Shown here: one piece after another, positions 24,874 to 36,236 of the stretch | Layout of the letters: every line of letters starts with the position of its first letter | How positions within the stretch are numbered: position 1 is the stretch's first letter | From: Oikopleura dioica | Taxonomy: Eukaryota > Animalia > Chordata | Assembly: GCA_907165135.1 (NCBI GenBank) | Contig: OU015569.1 | Location: 4,712,001-4,776,000, forward strand | Length of the DNA: 64,000 bases | Reading direction: 5' to 3' | Notes under the pieces: model-generated | What the model was told of the DNA's origin: nothing | Databases searched by the model: none | What the model saw: only the letters and a program-made list of their open reading frames with translations | Made by a program: the position numbers and the translations under genes

Positions 24874-26091
24874 GTGAATATAATTCGACAAGTTCTTTCG
24901 CGAAAAATCGACGACCAGTTTGTCCATCTATCAGCAAGCATCGTCGACCAAAAAGATTCCGAGCTCTGCGTTTTTCTTTCAGTGACAAGCCTCTTCCGAC
25001 ACGCTGTGAGAAGCTTTCTCGAGGAGCATGGCGAGTTCCTCGACGACGATCGCTTTTTTACATTCGAAAGCGTTTTGCTTGTCATAACGATGATTCTTCT
25101 CCCTCGCAACCTTGCTGGTCTAGAACTTCGCGAAACGCAAAACGAAAGGCGAAAGATTAACGCTCAAAGTGCGAGCATTGTCCACGTTCTCAAGCGATTG
25201 ACACACCCGACGTTCTTCGAAAGAGAGGGCTGGAAAATTATCGCAAGGCAGTGCTGGCTCAATTCGAGGACGACCCTTTTTTCTCGCTCCAATATGAACA
25301 GAATTCGATTGTGCTCGGAAGAAAGATTTCTCAATCAATCACTTGAGCAGGATTGTCCATGGCAGGCGTTCATTTTTGACTTTCTTTAAAAAAATAAGCA
25401 TATAATAAAAAATAGTGTTTTTCCTAAAAACTTGTTGCCTTGGGAAAATTTTGCGTCTTTCTCGTTCACACTTTAGAAACATCAAAATAAAACTGTGCGT
25501 GTTCGCAAGAAATCAAAACATGCGTTTTACATCTGAGCTAGTCTCGAATCTGATCATAAATCTGAACGCTTTGATAGAGACCTCTGGCAATAATCGGCGC
25601 GATGAAGAAGCAAAACTCCAATTCAGTGCAATTCCATCAAATGGTGCTTGACCACATTGATCACGCTGCTGGACAATACGTTATCAAAAACACGCAGCAC
25701 GATTTTCAGCCAGTAACAAAAATCCCTTGTTCACGCGCTCTTTATGTTCGCTTAGGAAGGGTTGACAAGCACAAACTGTTTTGAGCAATTTGGAAGGGCG
25801 GTTCCATCCCGAGATAAGAATTTATAACAGACCTTTACGCGCAAACTAGCTCTACGAAGCTTCAAGGCTCAAATTTAAGCGTCGTTAATGAGAATTTCAA
25901 TGTTAAAGGAAAGATTCTACTCTATGTCTTATTTTTTACTAAACATGAAAAAATGCTTGAAATCGAAAAAAGACTTGCCAAAGATGGCTGAAAATTATTG
26001 GTACCTTCTGCCTCATGCTTACTCGTTGCACTTCGAATATTTGGACGAGCTCGCCCTTTCGCATCAGCGCAAGATTGACGCGATCATTTAG
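24874..26091 (+). CDS. Orphan protein(s); lineage-specific-looking helical domain, then fragmented exons
   Basis: 171-aa ORF 24874-25389 (LLVITMILLPRNLAGL..LKRLTHPTFFEREGWK) followed by short open segments; no known motif recognised. Confidence 0.4.
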
Positions 26092-26825
26092 CTTTCCATT
26101 TTTCTGCATTGATGTGCATAAAATAAATTGGATCAAAATAACAAGTTAGAACCCCGTCTGCCAGAACGAGCATTTCTTTCTTATTTTAGCGGATATTTAC
26201 ATGATGTATTGATTCTGGTATTTTTTATACTGACTGTATATTATACAGTGTAAAAATACTGTATTTCCAGATGTTCAAAATCCATACAACAATTTTAACA
26301 AGCTGCCCCTAATTCTAAGCGTTTCCTTTTTTAATGTTCTATCTTCTCCCGCTTTTCCTAAAGCCGAATCAGAGGAAACGATATGATCGCGATATACTTT
26401 TATGCATATTAAAAGGAACTAGCATACAGTACTTTCCCAGAAAGAGAATTCAAATTCTACACTCGAGATCACGTTCTCACCGTTTCATATCTGGTCAAAA
26501 ATTCGTAAGAACATTTTAAGAAGACGTGGGATCGGAAGCTTTCAGCTTATCATCTCCATTAAAAATTCTAAGTGGATTGTCCTTGCCTAAGAGGGAGAGT
26601 CTTTACCAATTGATATAAAAAGTTATCCGCCGCAGGTTTGATGTGTCAGCAAGTTTGGGAAAAAAGCTAATCAGGATATTATGTGGTCGCTATTATCAAA
26701 TCAGGCTGTTGGGAACTCAGGCGACATTTGCTCACGTTATTCCACGTTAAAAAAGGGGAAGTCACAACTGTACTCGCTTCTGGGACTCAATTTACTGTAA
26801 GTAATGTTCTTGTTCGTGGACAGTT

Positions 26826-26899
26826 GCCTTCTTGGCGCAGTTGGTTAGCGCGTCAGTCTCATAATCTGAAGGTCGTGAGTTCGAGCCTCACAGAGGGCA
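26826..26899 (+). tRNA. tRNA-Met (CAT), elongator type
   Basis: Full cloverleaf: acceptor GCCTTCT/AGAGGGC, D arm GCGC/GCGC, anticodon loop CTCATAA, T arm GTGAG-TTCGAGC-CTCAC; T4 run shortly downstream. Confidence 0.95.
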
Positions 26900-27051
26900 T
26901 CTATTTTGACAAAAAGAGGCCTGGTTCCTCGAATAACCGGTTAGTTTTTTCCAGTTTTATTTTTCAACTTCAGAGAGAAGATCTAACCAAACTTTAGTGA
27001 TGTAAATCATTTATTAAAAATTCTAGAGTGAGCTAACGGACAGCAAGATTT

Positions 27052-28882
27052 TTAATCGAAGACCTTGATGATTTTGGAAGGAGTAAAGCGAGTTCGGCAG
27101 GTCGGGCAGTTTTTCTGTCGAAGGGCTGCGACGCCAGAGTTCGAAATTCCCGCGAACTTTTGCGGGTGCGGGGGGTAGCGGGAACTATGACTGAAATTTT
27201 TCGCGGGGGCGGGGGAGCGGGAACTATGACTGAAATTTTTCGCGGGGGCGGGGGAGCGGGAGCAAGGTCGAAAATTTTTGCGGGAGCGGGGGAGCGGGAG
27301 CAAGTCCAAAAGTTTGCGCGGGAGCGGGGGCGGGGAAGGATTCCTCCTCTCTTTTGCTCCCGCGGGAGCCCGCGGGAAAGAAAAATCAACGTGAGGGCTA
27401 GTTTAAAAAGGTCTTTACTAAGGAAGAAGCCTGGGTCAGGCCTCTTAGATAATTCGACAATTGAGAAATAAAATTGAAAAAAATAAATAGAAACCATAAC
27501 AAAGCTAAGAACAAGAACAATATTACTTCCACATTGAATGGTGGTGGGTGGGGTTGGGGACGAAACTTAGATTGATTGAATTAAGACTTCCCCGGCCTTT
27601 GTCAAGCCCCTTAAATTTAAAAAACAAGGAACGGGGCTGAAACGGCCCGAAGGGCCGTCAAGCCCCTTAAATTTAAAAACCTTCTTCCCCGCTGCTCCCG
27701 CAGCCCCGCGGGAGCATTTTTGAGTTTTCGCGGCGCGGGAAGGGGCGGGAAGAAGGCGGGAAAGAACAATTTACGGCGAGAGCGGGGGGGAGGGGGAAAG
27801 AATATCCAAATATCTTGGGGGAGCGGGGGGCGCGGGAGAAATTGTGCTCCCCCCCCGCTCCCGCGGGGGCTCGCGGGAGCTTGCGGCGCGGGAAATTTCG
27901 AACTCTGTGCGACGCAAGGCTCGCAGAAATGATGACCACAGGAGGCGAGGAGTACTTGAGGACGAGCATTGTTGTACATTTCGAAGCAAACTTTACATGT
28001 CAGTTTGCAATCCATTTTCGCCCGTTTAGTGACGACTGTGCCCTCTAAAAATAATTATTAATGGCTTATTAAAAGGTTAGTCTTACTGAGTTCCTCGTTA
28101 TCTTCTTTCATTGCAATGATGGAGACGAATAAATGACGTTTCTGAACTTTTTTGCGAAACTCTTTTTTCGCAGCAAGAATTTTTCGAGAGTTTTCGACTT
28201 TCCGCTTGGCTTCTTCGAGACATTTTTCAGCCTTTTTCATTTCTTCTTCATCGTTTTCAACGGCTCTCTCCGCAGAATCTTCCTCTGCCCGAGCAATTAG
28301 GTGAATTGTCGAGACCTTCATAAGCATTCCAAATTCATCTGATAAAAACTACTTGTTGACTGATTCACGCAAAATAATACTTACAAGGACCAGATTTCCG
28401 CAAGAGCGATTTCTGACAGCAAGATCCGATTATGTATTGATTATTAGAGAGTTGATTTTCGTTACAGTGTGAACAATTGAATTTCGCATCGGAACGTTCA
28501 AAGACTGCTGTTCGATCTTCAGGAAACTTTATTCTCGCACAACTTCTGCAGTATCTTTTACCGAAAATGAGAGCGGTTGAATCAGGAACGCTAGAATGAA
28601 TTTGTGATACTTGAAAATGCATTGCTATATAGTTGAATTATTCAACTTGAATATTATGTTCGGCGCTATTTTTTTTTGTACTCACGTGTCGCAGTGACTG
28701 CATTTCCCTTTGAGACCGAAATTTGAAACCCTCCTTTTATCGATGCTAAAGTCCGTGATGGGCCTCTTCATTTGTCGTAGTAGTACTGCGGTAGTACAGA
28801 CACCCCTTCCGTTCTTCTCCTGCTCTTCTTTCAAGACTCTCTTTTTATGCTTTTTCAAATATCTTTTGCTAGAAACTAACAA
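27052..28882 (-). CDS. CxxC zinc-finger + coiled-coil + C-terminal RING-HC protein, interrupted by a MITE; 5' end uncertain (may reach about 29380)
   Basis: Exons give CSHCDT|VPDS..YCRSC, NCSHC, a coiled coil (28058-28327) and RING CKVCFEMY..SCGHHFCEPCVA[insertion]ALRQKNCPTCRTRF..KVFD*. Confidence 0.75.
27135..27907. mobile_element. 773-bp non-autonomous hAT-type MITE
   Basis: TIRs CAGAGTTCGAAATTCCCGCG (27135-27154) and CGCGGGAAATTTCGAACTCTG (27887-27907); perfect 8-bp TSD TGCGACGC (27127-27134 and 27908-27915); GC-rich subterminal repeats; no transposase ORF. Confidence 0.92.
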
Positions 28883-29601
28883 AAATGAGAAGAGTGCTGT
28901 TTTTCAAACGAAGAGTGTTAAAAATAAAGCTCGTAAGCTGTTTTGAACCTTTGAAATAAGAACGAACCGATACTGAATCATCCAAAATTTGTCACCTTTT
29001 GCATTCCCAGTGGGAATTTCCAAAATGATTCCAACTACGACAGTCGATTTTTGCACGATAAGGTCCCGAGTCGAGACTCTCGACTAAGTCGGCGCGACGC
29101 GTAAGAAGCGCCGCCCAACGCTCTTTTGAATACAGGGGACCGAGTAAATAAAAGATTTGGAAAGAATTTCCTTATAATGGTACAAAATGATCCGGAAGAA
29201 TTGATACGGCTCTTGAAAATCCTAACTTGGCGCCTTCTATTCTTCCTCTGAAAGACGAAATTCGACTTACGCCTAAGCCCTGAAATCTTATATACCACGA
29301 ACGTCTTAATTCGCCCCTGCTTCGCGAAAATCGCGTTGGAACAGGAGCTCGTTTCTTTTTTCAAAAATCTTTTCACGTTTGTTTTTTCTGGAATTTGTCA
29401 AAATTCACGAAGCGTTTTTAGGAAAAACAGATTTATTTAACTCATCCAAAATAAATTTGGCTTAATTGCGCCCTTTGCAGGACAGACTCCTTTTTGGGAG
29501 AAGAAAAGTGTGAGAGTGGATTGATTCTAGCTGGCAACTTCGCTTTCAAAAGCGGAAAAAAGGTTTTGAGTTTCCATCATGGCTGTCGATTTTGAGTCCT
29601 T

Positions 29602-29699
29602 TGGGATTACCCGGCATATTTTTTCCGGGTAGCCCGCAGATTTTTCAACGGGTTACCCGCGCGGAGAGTCTTTTCACAGGCTACCCGCGCTAAATCCCA
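29602..29699. repeat. Short palindrome-rich element, possibly a tiny MITE
   Basis: Ends TGGGATT/AATCCCA; internal TACCCGG..CCGGGTA, CGGGTTACCCG and GGCTACCCG motifs. Confidence 0.35.
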
Positions 29700-30487
29700 T
29701 AAAGAAAGGGCCCTTATAAATTGCTCGAAGGTGGCTCTTCCTTGTACTATAAGAGACATCTTTCAATGATAAGAATTTTTGGTATGTTTAATCCCACACT
29801 TAAGAAGCTTACACGTTGGCAATCAAGCCGGACGACGAACGTATCGGGAGAAGAGTTTTTCTCTCTATCTTTCTTGTCTCTGCTTATTATTCGCGTTTAC
29901 GGTATTTAGAATGACAGGCTTTAGTTGCTTGAAGTAAGCAGAAAAAAGCTGAGATGAATCTTCTTGGAAATACTTCGGACTCTGACGTACTTACATTATT
30001 AAAAGTATATGAAATCACTAGCGGTAGGACACGATCTTTCGCACGATAATCATGAATCGGCGACAACTTCGCCGAATCCCTAATTTTTTTTTTTGTTATT
30101 GCACCTTTACATGATCCGATAATCTTATTCACTCGGAAAAGTAAAAGAAATAACAATTCGTAAGCTGATTTTGACACTTTTAAAAGTTTATTTGATTGCA
30201 GAATCAAATCCCGTAAAGAGTCGTCTTAGGATAAACTAACTTACGGGTTTTAAAAGAATAACAGTGACGAAGAAAGGTAGACATTCTTTTCAATCTTGAT
30301 TCAGTCACCATCTGTGTCACAGTTTGTAACTGCCCTCTGTCGACCTTAGATGAACAATAGCAGTTACGATTTTGGCGTAATCTTCAGACAAAGCCGAATC
30401 TTCGAATCGAAGAAATAGAAAACCACTAGGGCGGAAGTTCACTTACTATAAGTAGAAAGGCAAGAACGAGAATCCCCATTATCGAAC

Positions 30488-31280
30488 ATGAAACTTTTTC
30501 TCTTTTTCATCGGCGTTGTTTTCGGCCAAAAGACTGAGTGGTTTAGAAGGTGCAGTTGATCATCAAATTTATGATTTATTTCCATTTTTAAGATGCGTGA
30601 AACCAACAGATTTTGATTTGGATCCAACAAGGTACCTCGGAACGTGGTGGGAGCAGGCCAGCTACTTGCCAGGCTTCGGCGACGAATCCAATTCGTGCAT
30701 TCGCGCACAGTACAGCGACTATGATGGCAAAAGTATTGCAGTGAACAACAGCTACGTCCGTCCGGAAGGAGACGAACAAGTCTTGGCCTGGGGAACGGGA
30801 ATAGGAGAGATCCCCGATCCGGATACACCCAACAGGAACGTTAGGCCCTATAAAACTGTTTGGTGTAAACATATTTAGAGGCAAACTCCACGATGGTTGT
30901 TAATACAAGTTTTTTAGGCCTTAACTAAAACAAGGCTTATTGTCACGTTTGATAGTGTTCCTGCCATTGCTAATTGGTTTATTAAACTTCTTGGAACCAA
31001 TTATCATGTTATGGACACTGACTATGACAACTATGCCATGGGTAAAATCAGAGTAAAACAAGCTTGAAAACCTTCTTCAGTCATGAGCTGCACGAACTAT
31101 GGAATCTTCAGATCAACGTACTTCTGGATCCTCTCTCGCAACCCGAACTTTCGCAACTTGCCCGAATTCGATGCAGTTCTCAACAAGGCAGTTGCTGACT
31201 ATGAAATCAAGAGCAATTCACTCTTCTACGTCAACACCGTTAACTGCGACTATGACAGAATAGCCGACGAAAATCTGTAA
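30488..31280 (+). CDS. Apolipoprotein D-like secreted lipocalin
   Basis: Signal peptide MKLFLFFIGVVFG; lipocalin SCR1 DPTRYLGTWWE, SCR2 VMDTDYDNYA and SCR3 WILSR; includes GA-AG intron 30836-30934. Confidence 0.88.
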
Positions 31281-32205
31281 ACTTTTTTGACCATTCAAAC
31301 TTACTCAATAAAGTCCGCCCATGTTTGTCCTTTCCCGCGAAAAATTTGCAAGAAATTTCGTCATTAACGAGCAGATGGGGTGAAAATGTACTTTACGGAG
31401 TCTCGGGCCTCTCGTCCATCTTGAAAATTTTGATCTAATGATGTTGAAAAGTCTACAGATCCTGCAAGCGAGAGTTTTGCGTAAACTTTTTTTGAAAAGG
31501 AAATGTATCCAATCCTTAACTTTATTCAGTGCTCTTTATCATACTGCTCAATCTTAACCTATGTTTGTTCAATGCAGCTAAACTTAGACGACTTTAAGGC
31601 TCTATCGGTCCTAATCATCTAAGGACCCTTTTTTTATCGGAGCTCTCGACTTTCGCTAATCTTTGTAAAAACTCTGTCTAAACAGTGTTCGACTGTTTTT
31701 GGAACGGAGCCTCTATAACACGGGCGATTTGGACGAAACGTGGTACAAGCGTTATATTAGCCGCTTTTAACGGGGATTACTCAGGGATCTCCAACGTTGA
31801 GAAATATGAAAGACAAGTAAAGCAAAAGCTCTTTAAAACACCGATCTATATGTGAGACTGCGTTCTAAAGCTTAAAGAAACGACAACTTGGCAGTTCTAT
31901 AAATAAAAATGATTTTGCATAAAATATCCGCTCTCTTCATATAGTTTTATGTACAATGAATTTTAAGACTTTCGATATATCTTTGTAAAATCAAGTTTTT
32001 TATGTACCCATAGTCGATGTAAAATAAATTTATGACTGAAGATAACCACGAGAAGACAAGGAGCGTTAAGAGCGCTAGAAACCGTAAGAAAATCGTGCTA
32101 CGCTCAGGGGGCGCCAACGAGTGCGGCGTTTTCCAGACTTATGGGAAATTCAGACCGAGTATAAAGGATAACACACTCGAAAAAGAGCATAGAGAGATAC
32201 GCTAG

Positions 32206-33100
32206 ATGAAGACCTTTATTTGTTTTGCAGGTAAGACAAACTGGGTTGTGATTTTTAATAGAAAAAATTAAGCCGCGGTGGATAGCAGCCAGTGGGGAGG
32301 AAAAACAGGTTGGACTAAAACTCCCAAACCGCATGGTAAACCTGTCGGACTTCCGGTCAAAGGGCTGGACTTAAATTACAATGTACAGAAAGATATGGTC
32401 TGCGATGACCTTGACAGCACGCAAGACTGGAACTGTAGCGATGGGTTCAAAGAGACTAGGTAAAGAATAAGAAGCGGACTGATTGTGAGTATCAATTTTA
32501 GCGTTTGCCAAACAACCTGTGGAGAAACTGGTTCAGTGAAAACGGAGAAAGTATGTGCCTGTCATAGAATTGTCGGCAACGCGAAGCTTTTTCTTGGATG
32601 CAGATGGCTCAATAAAACAGAAAACGAATGCTTAACCGAAACTAAGAAGCAAATTATCTCCACTAAGATAGACCTTCCAGAGAAAGAACAGAGGATCGAG
32701 AAAGAAAGAGAGATCAAGCCGGAAGAAGATCCAGAGGAAGAAGAATCTCGGATCGTAGTGGTTGAAACACCTAAAGAGAACAAGGTAAAATATGCTACTG
32801 GAAATTGTGAGAAGCTTGAAGATATGGATAATTGGAGTTGTGTACAAGGAACGGTTATTTTCCGAACAAGTTTTTAAAACCAAACAAGGTGTATCCGTCA
32901 TAATTCAATCGTCGCGATGACTTTACTTCGGCAATGTAACCCCAATCGAAGCCAACAAAGATAGTCCAGTAGTCATGACTTGTAGCCGCTTGTGTCAGAC
33001 GAAAGACCGATTCCGAACGGTACGCAATCGTTGCATCTGCATCGCTGGAAAGTGCCGCTGGCAAAAGGCAGCGGTTTTACTCAAGCTAGAACTGATATAA
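32206..33100 (+). CDS. Secreted Cys-rich protein with two short CCP-like modules and an acidic linker; 3' end uncertain
   Basis: MKTFICFA|AAVDSSQW; modules CDDL..WNCS..CQTTC..CAC..CRW and CEKL..WSC..CSRLC..CICIAGKCRW. Confidence 0.55.
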
Positions 33101-34442
33101 TCCCTCTAAATATTTTAATCCATCCTATCATGCGCCGATAATGGTCGAGCGTCCTGTCCTGTTGTTTCAGGGGAAATGATGATAGCTAAAGTAAACCCGC
33201 GGGTCAGGCTCATGTTCAAAGCTGCCCGAATTTGAGAGCGGGCCTCATTCTTCCGCCTGTTTCGTTGAAGAGTGCAGGCTCTGCCGACAAAAGTGAGAGT
33301 CAGTCGCTCTTCTCCGTCTTTTCGGCACACGTGACCGACAAGGCGAAGGTCGATGATTCTAGTGGTAAGTCACCTAACGAGTTAATAATGACATGCTTTG
33401 ATAACTTATCACTAAACAGCACACTCGCACGAGTCAAAAGTTCAAACCCTGCAATTATAACTAAACACGCTCGGTCTCTTTGTACCTTCTAACTATTCAG
33501 GAAAATACGTTCACCCTTTCGAGTTCCTGCAGAAGTTCCAGAGCTGGATGTACGACAGCGGTCTCCTTTCCCCGCAAAATAAAGACCTCCTTATCGAAAT
33601 GTAAATGCGTTTTTACTCTCAGACATTCGGAAATAAGTATAGCAGTATTTCCGTCACAACTTGCACACCTGTACAGTATTTTCCCATAAGTAGCTGTTAT
33701 GTTAATAAATTTCTACCAAACAATGAATTCTTAATACCCCTTCTTCGCTTATAAATATAAGAGATTGCTAATTGCAAGGCAAAACATTTTCACGTGCGTC
33801 TTATCTACTATTAGTTTATATTCTCAATATTTTCATTTCGGGGCACCCACAAAGACAACGTTTTTCTTAGATGTTTCAGGTGAGTGTTATTGTCTCGAAT
33901 CGTTGTTAGTGCTAGAAATCGCTGGAAAACCCCTTGAAATCACAAGTTAGTGTAACTGAAGCATTAGAAAGACATTCGAAAAATACGCTTGCGTAAGCTG
34001 ATTACGCATCGCAGCTGAAAATGCACACAGTTGGCGGATCTACGCCTGCAAATTACAGTTGCTTCGGGTTGATTTAATTTCATGGATATGCGGTACGTCT
34101 TCGATTAGAAATACGAGCTGAATAGTTCCAACAAAACAAACAGTAAATCATACTTGATAAACTGTCATTATTTTCAAAGACTGATTTTATAAATATTTAT
34201 TGATCAGCAAACAATTCATGGTTATCCATATATATAGTTATTATTCTTTAGCATATAATGGTTTAGTTCTGGAGTTGGGAATAGTAGGAGTCAGTAGTCC
34301 AAAGGAAAAATGATAAGACACGATAGATTGCACTTGGAAGTGGCGTGGAAATCAACGAGGAGTAGATAACGAGAAAAGGGTCTCTAAGGTAAGACACGTT
34401 GGCTGGGTGAAAGGATTGAGTCGCTTTGTATGTGGAAATCTT

Positions 34443-36236
34443 TTAGTTCTGAGCTGACTTTTTACCGATCGCCTCGACACGGAAACCAAGGGACAGTAAG
34501 TGACTGAACAGAGTTATTGCAATTTTAGCTGTGGATTACTGCTACCTGTGGGGAAGGATTCCTCTGCCGTCGAAGACAAACGCGGGTTTGAGCATATCGC
34601 TGTATATCCTTCTCCAGTCGAGCGCTTTGAACTCGTCCCACTCGGTGCAAACGGCGACGGCATGCGCCCCTTTGCAGGCTTCGTACACGTCCGAGTGAAG
34701 AGTCACGCATTTGTCGACAGTGTCCATGTTCGAAATCGTAGGGTGGCTACAAGTCTTCTTAGTTACAGTATATTATCAGTCTGCTACCTGAGGTCAGTGA
34801 TGATTTGCTTGTGGGGAACTTTCGGATCGTAGATGTGCAGCTTGGCGCCTTCATCGAGAAGGTATTTTGAGACATAGATGGTGCTACTCTCTCGTGTGTC
34901 ACCGGTGTTTTTCTTGAAGGCGAATCCCAGAATGGCGATTTTCTTATCGGCAACAGTGTTGAACAGGGACGTGATAATTCTAGAGGCAAAACGGCGTCGT
35001 TGATAGTCGTTCATTAAAATTACTGGAAATCGATATCAAACAAGCATTTTTGCTGGTCTACCTTGATTCCAATACGCGGCGCATTCGGGCAAGTTGAGTG
35101 ACTCGCAAAGGTAGACGAGATTCAACACGTCCTTCTGGAAGCAAGAGCCGCCATAGCCGACCGAGGCTTTGAGAAACTTGGGGCCGATGCGCGAGTCTGA
35201 TCCACAAGCATAGGCGACCTGTATGGAGTGTTATTACTATGGAAGGAGAATCAAATGGTTCTTGCCTCGTCGACGTTTGCACCAGTGGCTTCGCAAACAG
35301 CGGACATGGCGTTTATCGAGGATATCCTTTGAGCGAGGAAGGCATTGGCCGCAAGTTTTGACAATTCGGAGCTCCATACATTTGTCTAAAAGATATACCC
35401 GTTACTTTTGTCTATACTTACTCCGATCGTATTTAGTGTCAAAGTTATATTTTCAATCAGGGGTAGTAGCGCTATTCGAAGATTTACTTTTATGATTTTA
35501 TCGACGGGGACCCAGTTTGCGTAAACTGCGGCCAGTGCGTCTACTGCTTGATGTCCCAGCTCACTCTCTTCGCCTCCGATCAGCACTCGATCTGGATTTT
35601 GAAGATCATTCATTGCAGTTCCCTCCGCGAGAAATTCCGGATTAGATAGAACTAAAAATAACCGAGTAAAAATCGATAAATTGCTGTCTAGAGTACCTTG
35701 AAAGGAGTTCTCAGGGTTGGTGTTGTACGATAGAATCGTCTTGATCGAGCCGGCGGATCGCACGGGCACGGTGGACTTTTCAACGACAATTTTGAATCCC
35801 CTGCTGACTTCCGCGATTCTCCTTGCACAGGCCTCGACATATTTCAAATCGGCGGCGCGGCCCTTTCCGACTCCATACGTCTTTGTTGGCGTGTTAACGG
35901 AGATGAAAATGAGGTCGGCGCTTCTGATGTGCGTGTCGATGTCGGTAGAGAAGAAAAGATTCTTGCCACGGCAAGCTGAAAGGAGATTAAACAAATGAAA
36001 GGATCGACGTAAGAGGAGCGCTTTCGTCACAACCTTTCGTCATAATTACCTTTTACGACTTCTTCTAAGCCAGGCTCAAAAATCGGCAGCTCATCAGAGT
36101 TCCAGGCGTCTATTCTGGCTTGGTTAATGTCAACAACAGTCACCTTGATGTGAGGACAGCGAAAGGCGATAACTGAGCAAGTTGGCCCACCGACGTAGCC
36201 GGCGCCGATGCAGCAAATTTCTTTAACCGGTTTCAT
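34443..36236 (-). CDS. UGDH: UDP-glucose 6-dehydrogenase
   Basis: [67 protein letters not shown] and FVFDGRGIL motifs across GT-AG-joined exons. Confidence 0.97.

Noticed and set aside
26218-26259. AT-rich 42-bp imperfect palindrome
   Set aside because: Low complexity, no TSD or second copy in the window.
27033-28048. Several Pro/Arg/Gly-rich ORFs on both strands
   Set aside because: By-products of the GC-rich MITE repeats; no transposase motifs.
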